Shown piece after piece: positions 29,616 through 38,900 of a stretch of DNA of 64,000 nucleotides (position 1 is the first letter of the stretch; each line of letters starts with the position of its first letter). The notes beneath the pieces were generated by a model. The model ran no database searches, had not been told where the DNA came from, and saw only the letters and a list, made by a program, of their open reading frames with translations. The stretch is taken from NCBI GenBank assembly GCA_021300475.1, contig JAJTDO010000010.1, forward strand, positions 6,533 through 70,532. Direction: 5' to 3'. The position numbers were made by a program, and so were the translations under genes. This DNA is from Burkholderiales bacterium. GTDB taxonomy: Bacteria > Pseudomonadota > Gammaproteobacteria > Burkholderiales > Burkholderiaceae_B.

Positions 29616-30836
29616 TTATTCCCAGTTCAGTGCACCACCGGTTTGATACTCAGTTACCCGACGCTCAAAGAAATTCTGCTCTTTTTTCAGGTCAAGCATT
29701 TCACTCATCCATGGAAATGGATTTGTGGCATTCGGAAACAACGGCTCAAGACCAATTTGCACGGCACGGCGATTGGCAATGAAACGCAGGTATTCCTTGA
29801 ACATCGGCGCATTCAGGCCCAACACGCCGCGGGGCATGGTGTCTTCTGCGTAGGCGTACTCAAGCTCAATGGCCTTCATGAACAGGCCTTTGATTTCCTC
29901 ACGGAATTCAGGTGTCCACAAATGGGGGTTTTCCAATTTAATGGTGTTGATCAGATCAATACCGAAATTGCAGTGCATGGATTCGTCACGCAAAATGTAC
30001 TGGTACTGTTCAGCCGCACCCACCATTTTGTTTTGACGTCCCAAAGCCAGAATTTGTACAAAGCCCACGTAGAAAAACAGACCTTCCATCAGGCAGGCGA
30101 ACACAATCAGGGAACGCAGCAGGGTTTGGTCGGTTTCCAATGTGCCGGTCTTGAATTCAGGGTTGGTCAGCGTGTCGATGAAAGGCACCAGAAATTCGTC
30201 TTTGTCACGAATGGACTGCACTTCATGGTACGCGTTGAACACTTCGCCTTCGTCCAGACTCAGACTTTCAACAATGTACTGGTAGGCGTGTGTGTGAATG
30301 GCTTCTTCAAAGGCCTGACGCAGCAAGAACTGACGGCACTCCGGCGCTGTAATATGGCGGTAGGTACCCAGCACAATGTTGTTGGCGGCCAGTGAGTCTG
30401 CGGTTACGAAGAAACCCAGATTGCGCCTGACCAGACGGCGCTCATCTTCGGACAAACCATCGCGGCTCTTCCAGAGGGCAATGTCGCGGTCCATGTTGAT
30501 TTCTTGTGGCATCCAGTGGTTTGCGCAACCGGACAAATACTTTTCCCATGCCCATTTGTATTTGAAAGGTACCAACTGGTTTACATCGGTGGTGCCATTG
30601 ATCACGCGCTTGTCAGCGGCATTGACCCGACGGGCAACCGTGTCTTCTGAAGCGGGTGCTTGCACGGCCGCAGCCGACATTTGCGGCAAAAAGCCTGAAC
30701 CCATGCCAACATCGGTGCGTGTTGCAGGCGCCTGGGCCAAACCGGACACGTAACCGAGACCCGTGTTGGGTACGGGCATTTGAGGGGCTGCAGGACTTGC
30801 AGGTTTACTGACGACTTCATCATCCCAGGACAGCAT
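29616..30836 (-). CDS. nrdB: Ribonucleotide reductase class Ia beta subunit
   Basis: Metal ligands and radical Tyr present ([20 protein letters not shown]); C-terminal FFERRVTEY; start MLSWDD with AAGGAG ribosome-binding site. Confidence 0.95.
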   Translation of the reverse strand: MLSWDDEVVSKPASPAAPQMPVPNTGLGYVSGLAQAPATRTDVGMGSGFLPQMSAAAVQAPASEDTVARRVNAADKRVINGTTDVNQLVPFKYKWAWEKYLSGCANHWMPQEINMDRDIALWKSRDGLSEDERRLVRRNLGFFVTADSLAANNIVLGTYRHITAPECRQFLLRQAFEEAIHTHAYQYIVESLSLDEGEVFNAYHEVQSIRDKDEFLVPFIDTLTNPEFKTGTLETDQTLLRSLIVFACLMEGLFFYVGFVQILALGRQNKMVGAAEQYQYILRDESMHCNFGIDLINTIKLENPHLWTPEFREEIKGLFMKAIELEYAYAEDTMPRGVLGLNAPMFKEYLRFIANRRAVQIGLEPLFPNATNPFPWMSEMLDLKKEQNFFERRVTEYQTGGALNWE

Positions 30837-30936
30837 TTGTTTCTCCTTGTACTTCTTTTTCGACAGATCAGAATTTGTTTCGGTTCCCCGCCCACCACAC
30901 CCACAGTGTGATTGGCGGTTTACCTGTATTGCAGTG

Positions 30937-33855
30937 TTACTGGCAGGCTTCGCATTCATCGAAACCGGCATCGCCCGGCTTCATCATGCACACCTTGCCA
31001 ACGATTTCCTGCTCGGGCAGGTTTGCTGCCATACCGCTGGCACCCATGCCACCACCAAGACCACCATCGATTGGCACTGAATTTAGCTCACCGCCGCGCA
31101 GTGTTGATTTCTCTGCGTGGGTGGCGCCTATGGTGCGCAGGTAATACGTAGTTTTCAGGCCACGCAGCCAAGCCAGTTTGTAGGTGTCGTCCAGACGCTT
31201 GCCTGAAGCACCCGCCATGTAGATATTCAGTGATTGTGCCTGATCAATCCACTTTTGACGGCGCGCTGCCGCTTCTACCAGCCAGCTAGGGTCCACTTCA
31301 AATGCAGTGGCGTAGAGTTCACGCAATTCTTGGGGAACGCGATCAATGCGAGCCAAGGAACCGTCAAAGTACTTCAGGTCAGCGACCATTACCTCATCCC
31401 AGAGACCCAGACGCTTCAAATCGCGCACCAGGAACTCATTGACCACCGTGAACTCACCCGACAGGTTGGACTTCACATACAAGTTCTGGAAGGTCGGCTC
31501 AATGGATGCCGACACGCCGATAATATTTGAAATGGTGGCGGTTGGTGCAATGGCTACGCAATTGGAGTTACGCATACCGTGTTGCTTGATGCGGCTGCGC
31601 AATGCATCCCAATCCATGGTCATGGAAGTGTCCACTTCCACATAACCGCCACGCTCTTCTTCCAGCAATTTCAGGGAGTCCAGCGGCAAAATGCCACGGT
31701 CCCACAAAGAACCCTTGAAGCTGCTGTAGCGGCCACGTTCTTCGGCCAGCACAGTGGAAGCCCAGTAGGCGTAGTAGCAAACCGCTTCCATGGCCTTGTC
31801 GGCAAATTCAACCGCTTCTTTGGAAGCGTAGGGAATGCGCTGCAGGTGCAAGGCCTCCTGAAATGCCATGATACCCATGCCCACAGGACGGTGACGCAGG
31901 TTGGAATTACGTGCCTTGCTGACTGCGTAATAGTTGATGTCAATGACATTGTCCAACATGCGCATGGCCACCTTGACAGTGCGCTGCAGCTTTTCATGGT
32001 CCAACTCAAACCCGCCCTGCCCATCGCTCTTCATGTGAGCGGACAGGTTGATGGAACCCAGATTGCACACCGCGATTTCATTGTCGTTGGTGTTCAGTGT
32101 AATTTCCGTGCACAAATTGGACGAATGCACCACGCCCACGTGTTGCTGAGGGCTGCGGATGTTGCAAGGGTCTTTGAAAGTGATCCATGGGTGGCCGGTT
32201 TCAAACAACATCGACAACATTTTGCGCCAGAGTTGCAACGCAGGCAGTTTCTTGAACAGTTTGAGTTCGCCACGGGCGGCTTTTTCTTCGTAGCGCACGT
32301 AGGCGGCTTCGAAGTCCTTGCCGAATTTTTCATGCAGATCAGGCGTGTCGGAAGGCGAGAACAATGTCCAGTCAGCGGCTTCCATCACACGCTTCATGAA
32401 CAGGTCTGGAATCCAGTTGGCGGTGTTCATGTCGTGGGTGCGGCGGCGATCGTCGCCCGTGTTCTTGCGCAACTCCAAAAACTCTTCAATGTCCAGATGC
32501 CAGGTTTCAAGGTAGGCGCAAACCGCGCCCTTGCGCTTGCCACCCTGGTTCACTGCAACCGCAGTGTCGTTCACCACTTTCAGGAAGGGAACTACACCCT
32601 GGCTTCTGCCGTTGGTGCCTTTAATGTGGCTACCGAGTGCGCGCACCGGTGTCCAGTCGTTGCCCAGACCACCGGCGAATTTCGACAGCAAGGCGTTCTC
32701 TTTGAGAGCCTCGTAAATACCGTCGAGGTCGTCGGCCACTGTGGTGAGGTAGCAGGAAGACAACTGTGAACGCTGTGTGCCGGAATTGAACAGCGTGGGG
32801 GTTGAACTCATGAAATCGAAGCTGGACATGATTTCGTAAAATTCAATGGCTTTGGTTTCACGGTCAATTTCATTGAGCGTCAGACCCATGGCCACCCGCA
32901 TGAAGAATGCCTGCGGCATTTCGATGCGCTGGTCTTCAACATGCAGGAAATAACGGTCATACAAAGTCTGCAGACCCAGATAATCGAATTTCAGGTCGCG
33001 GTCGGCCTTCAAGGCGGCGCCCAGACGCTTCAGGTCGAACTGACCCAGACGCGCATCCAGCAAACCTGCCTCAACACCCTTGCGGATAAAGCCAGGGAAA
33101 TACTCTGCATAACCCTCAACCATTTCATTCTGGTAGACCTCGCGGCCCAGTATTTCCTTGCGGATGACATGCATCAGCAAACGGGCAGTGACGAAGGTGT
33201 AGGCTGGATCGACTTCGATCATGGCACGTGCGGACAAAATGGCGGACTTGAACACCTCTTCGACCTTCACGCCGTCATAGATGTTTTTCAGGGTTTCACC
33301 GAGTACGTGATCAACATTGACCAAACCCTCAAAACCCACTGCAGCCGATTCAATGACAATGCGAAGCGCAGCCACGTCGAGTGGGCGGGAAACGCCACCA
33401 TCCACTACATTGATGACCACCACTGGGCCGGTCTCCTTGACCTTCTGGGCACGCTCTTGCGACCGCTTTTCACGGTAGAGCACATAGGCGCGGGCAACAT
33501 CGTGCTCACCAGAGCGCATCAGGGCCAGTTCAACCTGGTCTTGAATATCCTCAATGTGCAGTGTGCCGCCGGAAGGTTGGCGACGGATCAAGGCGTTGAC
33601 CACTGCACCGGTGAGGTCTTCAACCAGTTGGCGTACGCGTGCAGAACCTGCGCCCTGCCCACCCGTGATGGCTAAAAATGCCTTTGTAACAGCAATGCTG
33701 ATTTTGCTCGGTTCGAAAGACACCACAGAGCCGTTGCGGCGGATGACTTTGAACTGTGTGAGCGCGGAATTAATGGACTGAACCACTCCGCCACTCGTTA
33801 CACCTGCCGTTGAAACAGAGGAATTTTGGGCAAGAGCTTCTGAGCCTTGTAGCAT
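30937..33855 (-). CDS. nrdA: Ribonucleotide reductase class Ia alpha subunit with tandem ATP-cone region
   Basis: VIRRNG ATP-cone, [32 protein letters not shown] and C-terminal CEACQ. Confidence 0.96.
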   Translation of the reverse strand: MLQGSEALAQNSSVSTAGVTSGGVVQSINSALTQFKVIRRNGSVVSFEPSKISIAVTKAFLAITGGQGAGSARVRQLVEDLTGAVVNALIRRQPSGGTLHIEDIQDQVELALMRSGEHDVARAYVLYREKRSQERAQKVKETGPVVVINVVDGGVSRPLDVAALRIVIESAAVGFEGLVNVDHVLGETLKNIYDGVKVEEVFKSAILSARAMIEVDPAYTFVTARLLMHVIRKEILGREVYQNEMVEGYAEYFPGFIRKGVEAGLLDARLGQFDLKRLGAALKADRDLKFDYLGLQTLYDRYFLHVEDQRIEMPQAFFMRVAMGLTLNEIDRETKAIEFYEIMSSFDFMSSTPTLFNSGTQRSQLSSCYLTTVADDLDGIYEALKENALLSKFAGGLGNDWTPVRALGSHIKGTNGRSQGVVPFLKVVNDTAVAVNQGGKRKGAVCAYLETWHLDIEEFLELRKNTGDDRRRTHDMNTANWIPDLFMKRVMEAADWTLFSPSDTPDLHEKFGKDFEAAYVRYEEKAARGELKLFKKLPALQLWRKMLSMLFETGHPWITFKDPCNIRSPQQHVGVVHSSNLCTEITLNTNDNEIAVCNLGSINLSAHMKSDGQGGFELDHEKLQRTVKVAMRMLDNVIDINYYAVSKARNSNLRHRPVGMGIMAFQEALHLQRIPYASKEAVEFADKAMEAVCYYAYWASTVLAEERGRYSSFKGSLWDRGILPLDSLKLLEEERGGYVEVDTSMTMDWDALRSRIKQHGMRNSNCVAIAPTATISNIIGVSASIEPTFQNLYVKSNLSGEFTVVNEFLVRDLKRLGLWDEVMVADLKYFDGSLARIDRVPQELRELYATAFEVDPSWLVEAAARRQKWIDQAQSLNIYMAGASGKRLDDTYKLAWLRGLKTTYYLRTIGATHAEKSTLRGGELNSVPIDGGLGGGMGASGMAANLPEQEIVGKVCMMKPGDAGFDECEACQ

Positions 33856-33926
33856 CTAAGGGTCTCCGGATAAAGGACTTTTTTGAGGTTTACGGTATTT
33901 TTTATATTGGTGGCGGGCTGCTGCCG

Positions 33927-33973
33927 ACCACTATATGTTGTGCTTAACCGTTGCTTGAGAACTAATTGTAGTG
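33927..33973. promoter_or_regulatory. Two NrdR boxes upstream of nrdA
   Basis: ACCACTATATGTTGTG (33927-33942) and AGAACTAATTGTAGTG (33958-33973), 31 bp apart, resembling the acaCwAtATaTwGtg consensus. Confidence 0.82.
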
Positions 33974-34007
33974 GTGTTGCAATGATTTTGCAACGTGACA
34001 CCTTCTG

Positions 34008-34616
34008 TTATTTTTGAACGTCCCGGTCATTTTCTGCCGCAATTTTGGGCAATCGGGACCAATCAAAAAACGGGCCCGGGTCGCTCTTGCGCTCTGGTGC
34101 TATATCGCTGTGTCCAACCCAGTGGAGAACCGCCCACTGAGCGGAGATTGCATCACAAAGCGCAGCCAGACTGCGATACTGGGCAGGCTCGAAGGGCTCG
34201 AACCCTGAACCTTCAAGTTCAATGCCTATCGAAAAATCATTGCATTTTTCTCGTCCGCGCCATTTCGACACGCCCGCATGCCATGCCCGATGCAAACAAG
34301 ACACCAACTGAACCACCTCACCCGTGCGGGTGATGAAAAAATGAGCGGACACCCGCAAACCACGCAGCACTTCAAATTCGGGGTGTTGGCCCGGATTCAG
34401 GCGATTACAGAACAAATCGAGCGGTGCATGGGTACCGAACTGGCGCTCAGGCAAACTGATGTAGTGCATCACCACCATGTCGATGGCAACAGCGGCAGGG
34501 CGTTCGTCAAAATTGGGAGAGACCACAGGACGGGCATGACGCCACCAACCAGCCTCCCACTGCGCCTCCGGGGGCGAGCCCCCAAGGCTTGAAGACTCAA
34601 ACACCAAGCCGCTCAC
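34008..34616 (-). CDS. ampD: 1,6-anhydro-N-acetylmuramyl-L-alanine amidase
   Basis: SPNFDERP, VSAHFFI, RAWHAGVS, SIGIELEG and GHSDIAP.RK.DPG motifs. Confidence 0.95.
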   Translation of the reverse strand: MSGLVFESSSLGGSPPEAQWEAGWWRHARPVVSPNFDERPAAVAIDMVVMHYISLPERQFGTHAPLDLFCNRLNPGQHPEFEVLRGLRVSAHFFITRTGEVVQLVSCLHRAWHAGVSKWRGREKCNDFSIGIELEGSGFEPFEPAQYRSLAALCDAISAQWAVLHWVGHSDIAPERKSDPGPFFDWSRLPKIAAENDRDVQK

Positions 34617-34845
34617 CGCTGGCTTGGGCGTGCTCTTTGCTGCAATAGAACCGCCCTTCCACCATCACACCTTCAGTCAGGGGGGCAAAAGCCCCACAAT
34701 GCTTGCAAGTCAGTATGGTGGCTTCTTCATTGCGGCCCGGCAGCGGAGGGGTGTCCTTCTTTTTGCTCAATGGCTTGCCGGACCAGCTTTTATAAGCAAC
34801 CCATGCGACAGCACCCAACACCAGAAAAAACAAAATACGAACCAT
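34597..34845 (-). CDS. PP0621-like small membrane protein with Cys/His zinc motif
   Basis: N-terminal TM, CKHCG...FYCSKEH; lies between the CcsA-like gene and ampD. Confidence 0.8.
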   Translation of the reverse strand: MVRILFFLVLGAVAWVAYKSWSGKPLSKKKDTPPLPGRNEEATILTCKHCGAFAPLTEGVMVEGRFYCSKEHAQASGERLGV

Positions 34846-34872
34846 ACTTGACCTCAGATAACGGCAGCGCCG

Positions 34873-35739
34873 TTAAAGCGCCTTGTGCAATACGACTTCC
34901 AGCACAAAGCGAGAACCGACATACGCCAACAACAATGTAGCAACGCCCGCCATTGTCCAACGCAGCGCGGTTTTACCCCGCCAGCCACGCAAATGCCGAC
35001 CCAGAAGCAGCGCCCCGAAAATAGCCCAGGAAACAACGGTGAACACCGTCTTGTGATTAAACTGCATGGCCTTGTTCATCCACTGTTCGGTGAACAACAC
35101 GCCACTGAGAATGGTCAGCGTCAGCAGGAAAAAACCAACGGCAATCAACTTGAAGAGCAGGCGCTCCATGGCCAGCAACGGAGGCAACCGGTCAAGGAGG
35201 TTGGGCATGACATCGGTGGAATGGTCTTGCGCCCCGGCCGCCCCGCCCCCAAAAGCCCGCGCAGGCCGGTGCAAGCGCCTTTCCTGCAGGGACATAAGTA
35301 CCGCGTGTGCCGCTGCAAGCGAAACCACACCAGAGGCCGCCAAGGCAATGCTGAGGTGTGCCTTGAAATACCAGTTGTCTACATAATTACCGGTCAAGGA
35401 ACCTTCAAAAAACACGGGCAACAACAAACCCACCGCTGCAGCCGGATAGGCCACCACCTCAAGCACGGACCAATGCCCGGTCACACCCTCTAGCCACAAC
35501 ACTACGCAGGCAAGCCAGAAAGTGATGCTCAGGGCGGGCGCAAAACCGAAACGCATGCCTTCAACCGTAAACACCTGCTGATGCCACAACACACCGTGAG
35601 CCAACAAAACAATGAACAGCAGCACCGCCCTGCCCCACCGGGGGGAAGGCGACAACGCGTGTGATGCATTGCGCAGCGCAGAAAACGCAGCCCAAGCATC
35701 AATTGCGATCACCAAAGCGTACAATATCCAAGAATTCAT
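34873..35739 (-). CDS. Cytochrome c assembly family (CcsA/YpjD) inner-membrane protein
   Basis: LPPLLAMERLLF, HKTVF, GWRG and LAYVGSRFV motifs; divergent from ffh. Confidence 0.88.
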   Translation of the reverse strand: MNSWILYALVIAIDAWAAFSALRNASHALSPSPRWGRAVLLFIVLLAHGVLWHQQVFTVEGMRFGFAPALSITFWLACVVLWLEGVTGHWSVLEVVAYPAAAVGLLLPVFFEGSLTGNYVDNWYFKAHLSIALAASGVVSLAAAHAVLMSLQERRLHRPARAFGGGAAGAQDHSTDVMPNLLDRLPPLLAMERLLFKLIAVGFFLLTLTILSGVLFTEQWMNKAMQFNHKTVFTVVSWAIFGALLLGRHLRGWRGKTALRWTMAGVATLLLAYVGSRFVLEVVLHKAL

Positions 35740-35784
35740 ACACACAGTTTAACCGATACGCGCCCAAGCGAAAGCCACCCACCC

Positions 35785-37105
35785 ATGTTTGAAAACCTAT
35801 CCGATCGTTTGACGCGGGTCGTCAAAACCATGAAAGGCGAAGCCCGCCTCACAGAATCCAACACCCAGGACATGTTGCGAGAAGTTCGCCTTGCATTGCT
35901 CGAAGCCGATGTGGCCTTGCCGGTGGTGCGGGAATTCGTCAATAGCGTCAAGGAACGCGCCATGGGAGAGGATGTCATCAACAGCCTGACCCCGGGGCAG
36001 GCCTTGGTGGGCATTGTGCACAAGGAACTGAGCAAGTTGATGGGCGATGCAGCCGTCGACCTCAATCTGGCGACCCAGCCGCCGGCGGTCATCCTGATGG
36101 CGGGTTTGCAGGGCTCCGGTAAAACAACCACCACCGGCAAGCTGGCAAAATACCTGAAGGAACAAAAAAAGAAGAAGGTTCTGACTGACGGGTCAGGCGG
36201 GGGCTGAATGGTTCCCTTCAACACCCGAGCAAAAACCGGAAGACATTGCGCGCGCCGCCATTGACCACGCTCGCCGTCACCTGTTTGACGTGCTGATTGT
36301 GGACACGGCCGGCCGCATGGGTATTGATGAAGCCATGATGCGTGAAATCACCGCGCTGCACGGATTGCTCAACCCCATCGAAACCTTGTTTGTGGTGGAC
36401 GCCATGTTGGGTCAAGATGCGGTGAACACAGCAAAAGCCTTCAACGAGGCTTTGCCACTGACTGGCGTGGTATTAACCAAGCTGGACGGCGATTCGCGCG
36501 GTGGCGCAGCACTTTCGGTGCGCAACATCACGGGCAAACCCATCAAATTTTTGGGCGTTGGTGAAAAACTCACCGGCTTGGAAGTATTTCACCCTGAGCG
36601 GCTGGCGGGTCGAATCTTGGGCATGGGCGACATTGTTTCCCTGGTCGAAGAAGCGCAACGCGGCATGGACGAGCAGGCCGCGATGAAACTGGCGGGCAAA
36701 CTCAAGAGCGGCAAAGATTTCGACCTTGAGGATTTCCGCGATCAAATATTGCAGATGAAACGCATGGGTGGCATTCAAAGCCTGATGGACAAACTGCCCG
36801 CTCAACTGTCGAAGGCCGCAGGTGAAGTGAACCCGGATCAGGTGGACAAGCAAGTTCGCCAGCTAGAGGGCATCATTTGTTCGATGACACCTACTGAACG
36901 TCGCAAGCCTGATCTAATCAAGGCTTCGCGCAAACGCAGAATCGCGACGGGTGCGGGGGTTCAGGTTCAGGAGGTCAATAAACTGCTGAACCAATATGAG
37001 CAGATGCGGGGCATGATGCGGCAGATGCAAAAAGGCGGGATGGCGAAAATGATGAAGCGCATGGGTGGCATGATGGGTAAAAAGGGCGGAATGTCACCGT
37101 TCTGA
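35785..37105 (+). pseudogene. ffh: Signal recognition particle protein Ffh, frameshifted by an internal deletion at about 36187 (probably an artefact)
   Basis: GLQGSGKTT in the first frame; DTAGR, TKLDGD and Met-rich M domain in the second frame; the DxYRPAA segment is missing at the junction. Confidence 0.88.
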
Positions 37106-37170
37106 GGACGGTTGGGCATTTAGGTTAGGGCTTTGGGGTGTGGTGTGGTTTGGTTTGGTTTGGTTTGGGG

Positions 37171-37375
37171 GGAGCGTGAGGTTTATACCTGCCCAGGACG
37201 GATAACTCGCTGTTTCCTCACTCTGCTCTGGCAAGCTCGACGGAAAACCCAATGGGGTATTTCCGTCGCCGCACAAGGCGGCGTCGCTTGCTGCGAGGTC
37301 GTTCGGGCGAGTTTGCTGCGAGGTCGTTCGGGCGAGTTCCCTGAATGTCCCTAGGAGGTATAAACCTCACGCTCC
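37171..37375. repeat. REPIN/MITE-like element copy 1, with perfect 20-bp terminal inverted repeats
   Basis: GGAGCGTGAGGTTTATACCT (37171-37190) and AGGTATAAACCTCACGCTCC (37356-37375) enclose the core 37209-37347, which has a 25-bp tandem duplication (37288-37337). Confidence 0.85.
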
Positions 37376-37565
37376 AGAAAAACAAACCAGGCACTCGCTC
37401 CACCCGCACAACGGGAAAATCCAATAAAAAACCACCAACCGCATGGGTTCGACTACGCGCGAAAAATAGTGCGAATAAAAACGATGGCTCCGCGTAGCAC
37501 GCGCTCGAGATGGTTTTAAAAATTAAACGGGACTTAAAAAGAAAAATTTAAACCGCTTACACGGA

Positions 37566-37628
37566 TTCGGGTAGTTCGGGTAGTTCGGGTAGTTCGGGTA
37601 GTTCGGGTAGTTCGGGTAGTTCGGGTAG
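37566..37628. repeat. 9-bp tandem repeat (TTCGGGTAG)x7
   Basis: Seven exact units counted directly. Confidence 0.97.
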
Positions 37629-37725
37629 TTAAGAACCTTAAAGCAGTGGGATGCTTGTTTTTTTAGTTTTAGTACAAGTGGGTTTTAAGTGGCGCCTGGC
37701 TTCGATGCGCGTGGTTTGCCAGCGG

Positions 37726-37839
37726 CATTCAGGGAACTCGCCCGAACGACCTCGCAGCAAGCGACGCCGCCTTGTGCGGCGACGGAAATACCCCATTGGG
37801 TTTTCCGTCGAGCTTGCCAGAGCAGAGTGAGGAAACAGC
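37726..37839. repeat. Structured 114-bp repeat copy 2 (inverted relative to copy 1)
   Basis: Reverse complement of 37209-37347 once the 25-bp duplication is removed. Confidence 0.9.
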
Positions 37840-37924
37840 TCGAAGCCCGGTGCAAACCCGGTGCAAACCAAAACACACAACCAACCCAGCAGAAACCCAA
37901 TACCCGGTACTTAAAAAATAATAA

Positions 37925-38881
37925 TCAGACCGACTCTACTGTCGCATCTTCCTTCTTGATCGGCTTGATCAGATCCTCGCGGCTGACACCCAACCAAATA
38001 ACGATAGGACTGGCTACCAGCACGGAAGAATAAATACCGAAAAGAATACCGATGGTCAGCGCCAAGGCAAAGTAGTGCAAAGTGGGGCCACCGAAGATTA
38101 GCATTGAAGTGACCATCAACTGAGTAGACCCGTGCGTAATGATGGTTCTTGAAATTGTGCTGGTGATGGCGTGGTTCACTACCTGCGGAACCGTCAGGTT
38201 TCTTGCCTTTCTGAACACCTCACGAATTCGGTCGAACACCACCACCGATTCGTTTACAGAGTAGCCCAAGACCGCAAGCACCGCCGCAAGCACGGACAAT
38301 GAAAATTCCCACTGAAAAAATGCGAAAAACCCCAAAATGATGATCACATCGTGCAAGTTGGCAATGATGGCCGCTACCGCAAATTTCCACTCAAAACGTA
38401 CTGCCAAGTAAACCATGATGCCGAAAATAACCAAGCCCAGCGCAATGGCACCGTCATTGGCCAACTCCTTGCCCACCTGCGGACCAATGAACTCAACGCG
38501 GGTCACTTTCGGCGCATCGCCGCCGGCAGAAAGCACCTCGGAGCCCAACTTTGCAATGTCCAGCTTGCCGTCGGTGGAGATGGAAGGCAGCGATGCATCT
38601 TTTACCGCCAGTCGCAGCATAACGTCGCGGGAAGTACCGAAATTTTGTACTTGTGGCTCACCAACGCCTGCGCGCAACAATGCAGAGCGCAATTTTTCAA
38701 GCTCGGCCGCCTGCTGGTATTGCGCCTCAACCACCACACCACCGGTGAATTCGATGCTGAAATTCAACCCGCGTGAGACCAGAAAAAATACCGCCAGCAA
38801 AAAGGTGATGAAGGAAATTGCGTTGAAAATAAACGCACGTTTCATGAAGTCGACATCGCGACTGATTCTAAAAAATTCCAT
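37925..38881 (-). CDS. secF: Protein translocase subunit SecF
   Basis: NFSIEFTGG, IGPQVGKEL, ANLHDV and GYSVNESVVVFDRIRE motifs. Confidence 0.96.
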   Translation of the reverse strand: MEFFRISRDVDFMKRAFIFNAISFITFLLAVFFLVSRGLNFSIEFTGGVVVEAQYQQAAELEKLRSALLRAGVGEPQVQNFGTSRDVMLRLAVKDASLPSISTDGKLDIAKLGSEVLSAGGDAPKVTRVEFIGPQVGKELANDGAIALGLVIFGIMVYLAVRFEWKFAVAAIIANLHDVIIILGFFAFFQWEFSLSVLAAVLAVLGYSVNESVVVFDRIREVFRKARNLTVPQVVNHAITSTISRTIITHGSTQLMVTSMLIFGGPTLHYFALALTIGILFGIYSSVLVASPIVIWLGVSREDLIKPIKKEDATVESV

Positions 38882-38900
38882 GTGTCTGTCTCCTCAGCGC

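Noticed and set aside
29616..30836. NrdB as a class Ic (Mn/Fe) or metal-free class Ie subunit
   Set aside because: The first ligand is Asp, the radical Tyr is present and the Glu/His ligands are retained, consistent with class Ia.
31579..33675. Long antisense ORFs over nrdA, and similar ones over nit, accB, cysB and other genes
   Set aside because: These are typical reverse-strand shadows of codon-biased genes, with no recognisable motifs.
37288..37628. Direct repeats as a CRISPR array
   Set aside because: The units are contiguous with no unique spacers, and no cas genes are present in the window.
37209..37839. The 114-bp structured repeat next to ffh as SRP (4.5S) RNA
   Set aside because: It lacks the conserved domain IV motif (CAGG...GGAA...AGCAG) and occurs as two inverted copies; the adjacency and similar length look coincidental.
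37094..38033. Short ORFs in the ffh-secF intergenic region
   Set aside because: They are translations of the repeat element in various frames (the same peptides recur in both copies) and show no recognisable protein features.
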